DNA of 34,536 nt from contig JADHLJ010000001.1 of assembly GCA_016780745.1 (NCBI GenBank), forward strand, positions 1 through 34,536, written 5' to 3'. Of the stretch, positions 21,638 to 30,109 are shown piece after piece. Below the pieces are notes generated by a model. It saw only the letters and a program-made list of their open reading frames with translations, did not search any database and was not told the origin of the DNA. Numbering within the stretch: position 1 is the first letter of the stretch; each line of letters begins with the position of its first letter. The position numbers and the translations under genes are program-made. Source of the stretch: Alphaproteobacteria bacterium. GTDB taxonomy: Bacteria > Pseudomonadota > Alphaproteobacteria > Thalassobaculales > Thalassobaculaceae.

Positions 21638-22921
21638 ATGTCGAGGAAAAGGCGACTTTACGTGAAAATTCTGTTTGTTCACCAGAACATGCCGGGCCAA
21701 TACAAGCATCTGGCCCCCGCCTTGGCCGCCAACCCGGCGAATGAAGTGGCGTTCATCACCAAGGAAGGCAAGCCCGACCTGCCCGGCATCAGGAAAGCGA
21801 CGTATAAACTTACCCGTGAGCCTAGCAAGGGGATCCACCAATATCTGACCCGACTGGAGGACCAGGTCCTGCACGGACAGGGTGCTGTTCGCGCCGCCCT
21901 CGAATTGGCGGAAAGCGGGTTTGTTCCAGATGTGATCTGCGCTCATACGGGGTGGGGGGAGGCGCTATTCCTGAGAGATGTCTTCCCGAATTCCCGAATC
22001 CTGGCATTTTCCGAATTCTATTATTCCTCGAAGGGCGCGGATATCGACTTTTCGCCGGATCATAAACCGGATCTCGATCGTGATTGCCGTACCCGCATGC
22101 GCAACACCCATATGCTCATGAGTCTGGAGGCCGCCGACTGGGGTATCAGCCCGACCCGATGGCAATGGAGTCGGCATCCGTCTTTCGTCCGTGATCGTAT
22201 TTCGGTTATTCACGAAGGCGTGGACACTGACTTGTGCACCGCCGACCCCAAGGCAGTGCTTGAGCTACCCAATGGCATGACGCTGTCCAGAGACGATGAA
22301 GTGGTTACGTATCTCGCCCGAAATCTGGAGCCCTATCGCGGCTTTGACATCTTCATGCAAAGTATCAACGGCATTCTTGAACGTAGGCCGAACGCGCGCA
22401 TTGTGTTGGTGGGCGGGGACGACGTCAGTTACGGCAATCCCCCGCCCAATGGTGAGAATTGGCGGAACTTCATGTTGGCGCGCACCAGATTTGACCCGCG
22501 CCGCGTGCATTTTTTTAATCGTGTGCCGTATTCCGTTTTTCAGCAGGTGTTGTCGATTTCAAAGGCGCATGTCTATCTGACCTATCCTTTCGTGCTGTCC
22601 TGGTCGATGTTGGAGACCATGAGCCACGAATGCATGCTGATTGCGTCAAAAACCGCGCCCGTGACCGAGGTTGTCGAGGACGGCGTCAACGGTCGCCTGG
22701 TATCCTTTCACAATCCGGCCGAGATAACCGATGCGGTGGTTTGGGCCTTGGAGAACCAGGATGCCACGGTCAAGTACCGCAAGGCCGCGCGCGAAACCAT
22801 CGTCGAGAAATACGATCTTCGAAAAGTGTGCTTGCCGGCGCAGGTCGATCTCGTCTCCACACTCGCGGAAGGGCGAACGCCGCCGCTGATGGACCCGACA
22901 TGGACGGCCGCGACGGCTTGA
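21638..22921 (+). CDS. Glycosyltransferase, GT4-like (GT-B fold)
   Basis: 427 aa from the ATG at 21638. An alternative GTG at 21662 is preceded by aggaaaagg. The N-terminus is KILFVHQNMPGQYKHLAPAL...HTGWGEALFLRDVFP and the C-terminal half is typical GT-B (VLVGGDDVSYG..., LETMSHECMLIASKTAPVTEVVEDGVNG). Confidence 0.8.
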   Translation: MSRKRRLYVKILFVHQNMPGQYKHLAPALAANPANEVAFITKEGKPDLPGIRKATYKLTREPSKGIHQYLTRLEDQVLHGQGAVRAALELAESGFVPDVICAHTGWGEALFLRDVFPNSRILAFSEFYYSSKGADIDFSPDHKPDLDRDCRTRMRNTHMLMSLEAADWGISPTRWQWSRHPSFVRDRISVIHEGVDTDLCTADPKAVLELPNGMTLSRDDEVVTYLARNLEPYRGFDIFMQSINGILERRPNARIVLVGGDDVSYGNPPPNGENWRNFMLARTRFDPRRVHFFNRVPYSVFQQVLSISKAHVYLTYPFVLSWSMLETMSHECMLIASKTAPVTEVVEDGVNGRLVSFHNPAEITDAVVWALENQDATVKYRKAARETIVEKYDLRKVCLPAQVDLVSTLAEGRTPPLMDPTWTAATA

Positions 22922-24549
22922 TGATCAGGGCCCGGGAAGCGCTTTCCCGAGGTGACACGGATGCGGCGTCCCGCGCCTTTCGCGCCTGTATCTGTAGCGA
23001 GCCGGAACAGGCGAGAGGCTACTTTAATGTCGGCGTGCTTTTTGGCCGTGGTGACTATCCCGGGGCCGCGGAGGCGGTTTATCGCCGGGCCCTTCTAATC
23101 GAGCCGGTTCACGAAGGCGCTCTCGGTAACCTCGCGGATCTTTTGTTGTTCGCCGGTCGTGACGTCGAGGCGGAGACGCTTTGCGCCGTTGCCTCTCGGA
23201 GGGCGCCACTTTCCGGAAAAATTCAAGGCAATTTGGCTCTTCTTCGTCTGCGGCGCGGCGCGAGGGATGAAGCGGGGTTGAACATCCGGCGCTCTCTTTG
23301 CGCGGAGCCGGGCTACGCGAAGGCTTGGGGGATCATGGCAATGCTGCGCCACGATGACGGTCTCGTCGCCGAGACCGCTTATGGTCGCGCTTGGTCGAGT
23401 GGTGCGCGCGATCCCGGGCTGCTAGCCAATCGTGGTGAAATCGCGCAACGCGAAGGGCGCATCGGCGCGGCGATGGAATTTTACAATCAGGCGTTGGCGA
23501 TGGCGCCGGGCGACGCGGATATCTTGGCGAATCTCGCCACGGCGAGCATCGACGACGGCGATTTCCGCGCCGCGTCCCGCCATGCGGCGGCGGCTCTGCG
23601 GATCGATCCGGGCCATCGCGTCGCGCGTTGGATCGAAGACTGGGTGTCCCTTGCACATCGCGATTTTGAAACTGGCTTCCGTAGTTTTGATGAGACATGG
23701 CGCGCGCCCGATCAAGACGCTCCGGCGAATGCGACGGCCTACCCTCTTTGGGAAGGGGGACGACTTGATGGTCCGCTTCTGTTGTGGTGCGAGCACGGGC
23801 TTGGCGACGAGATCCTTTACGCTGGCATGATCGACGATGTGTTGTCCTTGGGCGTTGATGTTGTGCTGGAAGCTGATCCGCGGTTGGTGCCCTTGTTTCA
23901 ACGATCCTGGCCCGTGGCGCGGGTGATCGGACGGGGAGGGGCGATACCACCGGGCATCGTCGCTCAGTCCTCGGTTTTGCGACTGCCGATGTTGTTTCGT
24001 CGAACGCTTGCGGATTTCCCCGCGCGATCATCATATCTGATCGCCGATCCGGCAAAGGTCGCGACGTACCGGGAACTATTCAAACAATCCGATCGGGAAA
24101 CCGTCATTGGAATTTCCTGGCGTTCTGGAAATCTCCGTACCGGCGCGGGCAAATCCACGCGCTTAAAGGATTGGGACGCGTTGCTGGACCTGCCGGGCGC
24201 GCAATTCCTAAGCCTACAATACGACGATGGCGGCGAGACCGACCCTCGTGTGGCGTGCAACCCGAGCGACGATACGAAAAACGATCTCGAAGATCTCGCG
24301 GCTCAGATCGCGGCGCTCGATCACGTCGTTTCAATATCCGGGGTGACCGCGCATCTCGCCGGGGCGTTGGGCGTGCCAGGGCACGTCCTGCTGCCGCCGG
24401 CGCCGCTCTGGTTCTGGTTCGCCGAGGGGGGGGATTGTCCGTGGTATCCAGCTCTTACACTCGGGCGGCGTGCCCATGGCGAGGATTGGCCCCCGGCGGT
24501 CGCGCGACTTGCGGCGGCGACGCGGGCATTCTTAGCGAACCAACGGTGA
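22921..24549 (+). CDS. TPR-repeat protein fused to a GT9-like domain, paralogue 2
   Basis: The track ORF 22630..24549 overlaps the upstream gene. The in-frame ATG at 22921 shares its A with the GT4 TGA stop (TGATG). It has TPR-like repeats (AEAVYRRALLIEPVHEGALGNLADLL..., AMEFYNQALAMAPGDADILANLA...). The C-terminal part reads LLLWCEHGLGDEILYAGM...VTAHLAGALGVPGHVLLPPAPLWFWFAEGGDCPWYPALTL. Confidence 0.75.
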   Translation: MIRAREALSRGDTDAASRAFRACICSEPEQARGYFNVGVLFGRGDYPGAAEAVYRRALLIEPVHEGALGNLADLLLFAGRDVEAETLCAVASRRAPLSGKIQGNLALLRLRRGARDEAGLNIRRSLCAEPGYAKAWGIMAMLRHDDGLVAETAYGRAWSSGARDPGLLANRGEIAQREGRIGAAMEFYNQALAMAPGDADILANLATASIDDGDFRAASRHAAAALRIDPGHRVARWIEDWVSLAHRDFETGFRSFDETWRAPDQDAPANATAYPLWEGGRLDGPLLLWCEHGLGDEILYAGMIDDVLSLGVDVVLEADPRLVPLFQRSWPVARVIGRGGAIPPGIVAQSSVLRLPMLFRRTLADFPARSSYLIADPAKVATYRELFKQSDRETVIGISWRSGNLRTGAGKSTRLKDWDALLDLPGAQFLSLQYDDGGETDPRVACNPSDDTKNDLEDLAAQIAALDHVVSISGVTAHLAGALGVPGHVLLPPAPLWFWFAEGGDCPWYPALTLGRRAHGEDWPPAVARLAAATRAFLANQR

Positions 24550-24560
24550 CCAAACAAACC

Positions 24561-25241
24561 CTAGGCGAGGCGATCTCGCTCGGCTAACCAAAGATCCGCG
24601 TAGTCCACGTGCCGCCAGTTCTCGAACCAGGGCCCGCCGCGTGTGAAGTGGATGGCGCCGGGCGCCCGTTCCGGATCTGGACTGTCCCAACCCTCAAGCC
24701 AATTCCATGTCGGGTCAAGACCGCCGATCTCCGCGTCGTCGACCCACTGAAAACGGTGCAAATAAGCGCCGGATTGTGTGTTCGCCGTTTCCACGTTGAG
24801 CTTGCGAGTGGCCGGGTGACTACAATTCAATAACATCAGGCTCGACCAGTTTTTACGTGGGTAGACGGACTGGGTCTGGCCATCCATCTTGACCGTTTCC
24901 CTCGGGCGATAGTCGTGCTGGACACACATTACGGCGTATTTCTCGTCCGCTTTCGCGAAAATCTCGGCGACGTCGCGAGTCCAGAGAAAATCGCAATCGC
25001 AGAACAGTGCCCAGCCTTCGTATCCCGCGAGATGGGGGACCAGAAACCGAGTGTAGGTAAACTCGGTCGAAGCTAGGGGGTCGACATCCCGATGATACAA
25101 GCCACGTTCGCGCAGGTCGTCCTGGATGATTGGCGTAATGTGGAGCGTGGCGTTGGAATGTCGCTCGAGAGAGGCGCGGCAAACATCAAAGGCTTCGGGC
25201 TCTCGACTGTCCCATCCAACGTATATCCGCAATGCGCTCAT
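24561..25241 (-). CDS. Putative GT-A fold glycosyltransferase (GT8-like, DXD = DCD)
   Basis: The track ORF is 24561..25376. The likely start is the ATG at 25241 (MSALRIYVGWDSREPEAFDVC...). The internal sequence STEFTYTRFLVPHLAGYEGWALFCDCDFLW has a DXD-type motif, followed by ...YPRKNWSSLMLLNC. It resembles small GT8-like transferases. The family call comes from motif memory only. Confidence 0.5.
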   Translation of the reverse strand: MSALRIYVGWDSREPEAFDVCRASLERHSNATLHITPIIQDDLRERGLYHRDVDPLASTEFTYTRFLVPHLAGYEGWALFCDCDFLWTRDVAEIFAKADEKYAVMCVQHDYRPRETVKMDGQTQSVYPRKNWSSLMLLNCSHPATRKLNVETANTQSGAYLHRFQWVDDAEIGGLDPTWNWLEGWDSPDPERAPGAIHFTRGGPWFENWRHVDYADLWLAERDRLA

Positions 25242-25423
25242 TCCATTCTCCGGCCCCGGCCCGGTGGCGATCCAGGATCGGCGAGTGATAGCGAACCTGC
25301 CTAGCCAAGGCAACGCGGCAATCCGCCCGGGTTGCCCGCCGCTCTCGACATCCATCCCCATCTCGGATAAAGCCAAGCGCTGATTTCAACGTTGCTTTCA
25401 TCCTATGTTTGGTCATCTCTAGA

Positions 25424-27094
25424 ATGTCCCCACGACCGAATTGCGCGATCAACTACCACCCCGACGGTTACAAGGCGGATCGGGAACAGGTTAAAGGGCG
25501 GCATGCCGCCGGCGCCGGCTTCCTGAAAGGCTTCATTGATCACTCCGGGGTGGACCGGCTCGTCGCGATGACCCCGTCCAAGACGCATTTCGAGGACTTC
25601 CGGAATGTTGCCCGGGCGCTTGATCCCGCTGGGCGCGAAGCGGTCTGGGCTCGCCCATTGGACGCGCGGGTCCTGCGCGAGGTTGGCGCGATTTTCATGC
25701 CTGGCCCAGGTTTCGAGGACGAGGCATGGAACAGGCGCCTCGGAAATGAGCGGGATTACAGTCTCTGCGGTCTTACCCACACTGTTGCCTCGGATCGGGT
25801 CATCAATGCGCTGGGCCGTTATCTCGTCGCGCCAACGCAGCCCTGGGATGCGCTTATCTGTACCTCCACGTCGGTACGCGCGGTTGTTGAACGGGTCATC
25901 GAGAGCCACGCGGATTATCTCGCCGAGCGAAGTGGCACCCGTTTCGAGAATCCCGTTCAGCTTCCAGTGATACCACTCGGAGTTGATTGTGATTTTCACG
26001 CGCGGAGTGATGCTAGTCAGGGCGCGGGCGCGGATTTACGGCGGCGATTGGGTATTGCGGAAGATGATCTGGCGGCGCTTTTTCTCGGGCGTTTGTCGTT
26101 TCACGCGAAGGCACATCCAACGCCAATGTTGATGGCAATGGAACGCGCCGCGCGTCGAACGCCGGATCAAACGCTTCATCTCGTCATTGTTGGGCAGTTC
26201 CCAAATCAGTGGATCGAGAAGGAATTCAAGGATGCCGCCAAGCGGTTCTGCGGCGCCGCGCGGGTCCACATTCTGGACGGCGCGAGCCATGAGGTCGTTC
26301 GCGCGGCCTGGAGCGGTTCCGATATCTTCATCTCGTTGTCCGATAATATTCAGGAGAGCTTCGGGCTGACGCCGATCGAGGCAATGGCGGCCGGCCTTCC
26401 TTGCGTCGTTTCGGACTACGACGGCTATAAGGATACAGTGGTGGATGGCGAAACCGGTTTTCGGATCCCGACCACCGCCCCCGGCCCAGGAGCAGGCGTC
26501 GATATCGCCGATCGATACGGTATCGGCCTGGACAGCTACGATCGCTTCATAGGTATCGCCGCCTTGTCGACGATGACGGATGTTGATGCCTGCGCCGAGG
26601 CGATCAGCCGTCTCGCGACGGATCGGGATTTGCGCGCCCGCATGAGCGCGGCTGGTGTGGAGCGGGCTAGGCGTTTCTATGACTGGCGGGTTGTCGTGGA
26701 GTCATACCAGGACCTTTGGGCGGAACTCGCGGAGCTTCGATCCGGCGCCCAGGGGATCGGTATTCGCAACCACGCGACACAGGCCGCGAAAGTTGACTTC
26801 CCCGACCCTTTCGACATGTTTCAAGGGCATCCAAGCAGGCTCTTGACCGAGAATAGCGTGGTCGCCTTCAAGAGTAAGTCTCCGGCGCGAGACCTCGAGA
26901 TTGTGCGGATGGGAGAGTTGCATACTTTTGTGTCCTATGCCCTTCTGCCCGAGCCGTCGCTTGACGCGTTGATGGAGGAGTTGAGCGCGGGGCCGAAGAA
27001 AGTCGGGGACCTTGCCGCCTTCTCGCGTGACGGGCGCAAACTGCTGCGCACCCTGGCGTGGTTGGGCAAGTTTGATTTGGTGGAGTTCAAATGA
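25424..27094 (+). CDS. Glycosyltransferase family 4 (retaining GT-B) with extended N-terminal domain
   Basis: The track ORF begins at TTG 25409; the first ATG is at 25424 (MSPRPNCAINYHPDGY...). The EX7E motif is in ESFGLTPIEAMAAGLPCVVSDYDGYKDTVVDGETGF. About 556 aa. Confidence 0.85.
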   Translation: MSPRPNCAINYHPDGYKADREQVKGRHAAGAGFLKGFIDHSGVDRLVAMTPSKTHFEDFRNVARALDPAGREAVWARPLDARVLREVGAIFMPGPGFEDEAWNRRLGNERDYSLCGLTHTVASDRVINALGRYLVAPTQPWDALICTSTSVRAVVERVIESHADYLAERSGTRFENPVQLPVIPLGVDCDFHARSDASQGAGADLRRRLGIAEDDLAALFLGRLSFHAKAHPTPMLMAMERAARRTPDQTLHLVIVGQFPNQWIEKEFKDAAKRFCGAARVHILDGASHEVVRAAWSGSDIFISLSDNIQESFGLTPIEAMAAGLPCVVSDYDGYKDTVVDGETGFRIPTTAPGPGAGVDIADRYGIGLDSYDRFIGIAALSTMTDVDACAEAISRLATDRDLRARMSAAGVERARRFYDWRVVVESYQDLWAELAELRSGAQGIGIRNHATQAAKVDFPDPFDMFQGHPSRLLTENSVVAFKSKSPARDLEIVRMGELHTFVSYALLPEPSLDALMEELSAGPKKVGDLAAFSRDGRKLLRTLAWLGKFDLVEFK

Positions 27095-28887
27095 GCTACA
27101 TGGTGCAAGCGGATGCAAAGCCACGCCGGCCCGTCGCGCAGTATTGCCGTGATGCCGATAAGTTGTTCGAGGCGAAGAAAATAGCCGAGGCCGAGGCGCT
27201 TTTGTCGGAAGCCATTGGTGCTTACACCGCGGATGTCGGACTTCAATGGCGGATGGCCGATGTCGAGTTCAGAAAAGGCCAAGTGGCGGCCGCCAAGCAA
27301 CGATTGGTTCGGGCTGGTAACGGCAATCCCGCCGGATGCGACGGCGCGTTCTTCAATGCCGGTGTTCGATTGGGGCGTGCCGCCAAGGATATCGCCTTTG
27401 CCGAAGGCATGGTGAAAGCAGGACTGGAACGCTTTCCGTTGAATCCCGAGTTGCGCCAGCACGCTGGCGGGCTGCTCGCCGACGCGGGGAAACACGCCGC
27501 CGCGGTCGAGCAACTCGAGGCGGCTGTCAATATGGATCCGACAAATGCGCCAGCGCTGAATGCCCTGGGGTATTCACTGGAGCAGATCGGAGAATTGGAC
27601 CGCGCTGATCGCGTGCTACGGAGTGCCCTGGGTCGGGTGACGCCCGAGATCGGGTTCAATGTCCTCGTAAATCTTGGCAATGTGGCGCAGAAACGCGGCG
27701 CGTTGGCGCAGGGGCGCGGTTATTATCAACGGGCTCTTAAGCTTCGGAAGCCTGGGTATCTCTATGCGAACTATGGCGCGCTGCTTCGAAAATCCCATGA
27801 CTTCGACACCGCCGAGTTGGTGTACCGCAAAGGGCTGACAATCGACCCGGGCGCGGGCGGTTCCTATTACAATCTCGCGAACCTCTACAAGGAGGTTGGC
27901 GACCTCGATCGCGCGATCGAAGCCTATCGGCGAGGGCTTCGGATCAACCCGGAAGGGGCATCGATCCATTGGAATCTTTCCTTGACCTATCTTGGCGCTG
28001 GCCGATTGCGAGAAGGTTTCGAGGAATACGAGTGGCGATGGCGGTATGACGGCTTTCCCTCTCGCCGGCGAAATTTCGAGCAACCGCAATGGAGCGGCGA
28101 ACCACTCAAAGGACGAACCCTGCTCGTGCATGCCGAGCAGGGGATCGGGGACCATCTTCAATTCGCGCGTTTCATTCCCGTGCTCTCGAAGCTCGACGGC
28201 CGGGTGATCGTCGAGTGCCATGAGCCGCTGATGCGTCTGTTTCAGCACTATGCCGGGGATGTAGAGATCGTTGAGCGCTTGAAGCAGCCGAATGATTTTG
28301 ATCTGCATCTTCCATTGTTGAGCGCGCCACTAGCGCTGGGCGTCCACTCCTTGGAGGATCTTCCGGGCGCGCCGTTCCTAGCGCCGCCGGTGGATTGGAA
28401 GTTCGATATTCCCGAGGCCAAGGCGAACGCTTTCAAGGTTGGTATAATCTGGGGTGGGAATCCGAATTTCCCGGGGGATGGCGAGCGTTCCGCGAAACTC
28501 GACTACTATCTGCCGTTGCTGAAGAACAAGCGCGTTCAACTCTTCAGTTTGCAAAAGGGCGAGCGAGAGCCGGATTTGAAGGACGCGCCGAAAGAGGTCG
28601 TGCGTCTAAGCGATAGAATCAACGACTTCTGCGATACCGCCTCGATTATGACGCAGATGGATCTAGTTATCACCACCTGTACCTCGACGGCGCATCTCGC
28701 GGGCGCCTTGGGAGTCCCGGTTTGGGTCGCGCTGCACCACAACCCGGATTGGCGTTGGCTACGGCATCGCGAGGATAGTCCCTGGTATCCGAGCGCGCGG
28801 TTGTTTCAACAGAAAAGTCCGGGTGATTGGAAAGGCGTGTTCAAATCCATCGAGCGAGCCTTGAAGAAATCAACCGCCAAACGCTGA
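27091..28887 (+). CDS. TPR-repeat protein fused to a GT9-like domain, paralogue 3
   Basis: 598 aa. Its ATG overlaps the GT4 stop (ATGA at 27091-27094). It has multiple TPR repeats (NALGYSLEQIGELDRADRVLRSAL, YYNLANLYKEVGDLDRAIEAYRRGLRINPEGA...). The C-terminal part reads WSGEPLKGRTLLVHAEQGIGDHLQFARF...TSTAHLAGALGVPVWVALHHNPDWRWLRHREDSPWYPSARLFQQ. Confidence 0.8.
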   Translation: MSYMVQADAKPRRPVAQYCRDADKLFEAKKIAEAEALLSEAIGAYTADVGLQWRMADVEFRKGQVAAAKQRLVRAGNGNPAGCDGAFFNAGVRLGRAAKDIAFAEGMVKAGLERFPLNPELRQHAGGLLADAGKHAAAVEQLEAAVNMDPTNAPALNALGYSLEQIGELDRADRVLRSALGRVTPEIGFNVLVNLGNVAQKRGALAQGRGYYQRALKLRKPGYLYANYGALLRKSHDFDTAELVYRKGLTIDPGAGGSYYNLANLYKEVGDLDRAIEAYRRGLRINPEGASIHWNLSLTYLGAGRLREGFEEYEWRWRYDGFPSRRRNFEQPQWSGEPLKGRTLLVHAEQGIGDHLQFARFIPVLSKLDGRVIVECHEPLMRLFQHYAGDVEIVERLKQPNDFDLHLPLLSAPLALGVHSLEDLPGAPFLAPPVDWKFDIPEAKANAFKVGIIWGGNPNFPGDGERSAKLDYYLPLLKNKRVQLFSLQKGEREPDLKDAPKEVVRLSDRINDFCDTASIMTQMDLVITTCTSTAHLAGALGVPVWVALHHNPDWRWLRHREDSPWYPSARLFQQKSPGDWKGVFKSIERALKKSTAKR

Positions 28888-28899
28888 TTGGACTTCGGA

Positions 28900-30108
28900 A
28901 TGCCCGGGCGCCGCATTCTTTTCATTTGGGAACTTGGTGACGGTCTGGGCCATGTATCCCGGATCTTGCCCTTGGCGCGCCAACTTCAAGCCGCCGGCGA
29001 GATTTGCATGTTCGCCGTCCGCAACGTGGAGAATAGCCATCGGGTTTTGGACGGGACGGGCATGGGGATGCTTCAGGCTCCTCTGACGCAACCGGTTACG
29101 GACTATGACGGAAAGGCCTCCATCGGCGCCTATGGCGACATCATGGAAACCATCGGATACGCGCGTGTCGAGCGATTGCACGCGATGTTGACCGCCTGGG
29201 ACGGGATCTATGAAACCGCGCGTCCAGACCTGATTGTCGCCGATTACGCGCCGACCGCCCTTCTCGCGGCCAGGGGGCGGATTCCGGCGGTTGCGATTGG
29301 TGACTGGTTCACCTTGCCGCCAAGCACGCTTCCAGCTTTCCCGTATCTGCGCGAGACCGGGCCCCGGATCGCGGAGGCGGATTTAATGCGCGTCGTTCAC
29401 GAGGCTCAGCGCCGACGGGGAGCATCGGCGCCGGCGGCAATGCCTGGAATTCTGGATTGCGCCGCGGCATTCATCATCACCTTGCCGGAACTTGACCAAT
29501 ACGCGGACAAGCGACGGCTGCCCGCTGTTGGGCCATTGACGCCGCTTCCCGAGCCGCTGGAGAACACGGACCACGAGGTGGACTACTTCGCGTATCTGTC
29601 GCTGGGATTTCGCCCGACCGTCAAGGTGCTCGAGGCGTTGGTCAAGATGCGGCTGAGGGGAAGTATCTATCTGCGTGACTCCTCCGCGCTTCAGCGTGAT
29701 TCCTGGCGCGAACGAGGGCTGACCATCCATGATGGACCGCAGGATCTGAGAGAAATGGCGCGTCGGAGCGCGGTGATGATCCATCATGGCGGGCTCGGGA
29801 CGATTGAAACGGTGTTTGCCTTGGGGCGTCCACAATTGCTGGTGCCCCGGCATTTGGAGCAAGGCGTGAACGCGGCGATGGCCGGGCGCTTGCGTTTGGC
29901 TGTTGGAATGCAAACCGGTGGACGATTCGAGGGGGAACACGTCTCGCGGGCGTTGAATCACGCGCTGGCATCCAAGGATCTTCGGGACAATGCCGCTCGG
30001 AAGGCCGAGGAACTGGCCCAGCGAGGACCGTTCAACGCGCTTGAACCGGTGACTGAATTCTGTTTAACCACGCTGGCGACGGGTATCCAGCAATCGAAGG
30101 GATCATAA
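28900..30108 (+). CDS. GT1-family (UDP-glycosyltransferase / MGT-like) glycosyltransferase
   Basis: The start is ATG 28900 or TTG 28888. The N-terminus is RILFIWELGDGLGHVSRILPLA. The C-terminal nucleotide-sugar signature is MIHHGGLGTIETVFALGRPQLLVPRHLEQGVNA, matching the HHGGxGT...(D/E)Q..NA pattern. Confidence 0.8.
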   Translation: MPGRRILFIWELGDGLGHVSRILPLARQLQAAGEICMFAVRNVENSHRVLDGTGMGMLQAPLTQPVTDYDGKASIGAYGDIMETIGYARVERLHAMLTAWDGIYETARPDLIVADYAPTALLAARGRIPAVAIGDWFTLPPSTLPAFPYLRETGPRIAEADLMRVVHEAQRRRGASAPAAMPGILDCAAAFIITLPELDQYADKRRLPAVGPLTPLPEPLENTDHEVDYFAYLSLGFRPTVKVLEALVKMRLRGSIYLRDSSALQRDSWRERGLTIHDGPQDLREMARRSAVMIHHGGLGTIETVFALGRPQLLVPRHLEQGVNAAMAGRLRLAVGMQTGGRFEGEHVSRALNHALASKDLRDNAARKAEELAQRGPFNALEPVTEFCLTTLATGIQQSKGS

Positions 30109-30109
30109 G

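Noticed and set aside
22630-22920. 97-codon N-terminal extension of the TPR-GT9 paralogue 2 ORF
   Set aside because: It lies entirely inside the GT4 coding frame, and its translation (Arg/Gly-rich) is unlike the rest of the protein. The ATG at 22921 gives a classic TGATG coupling junction.
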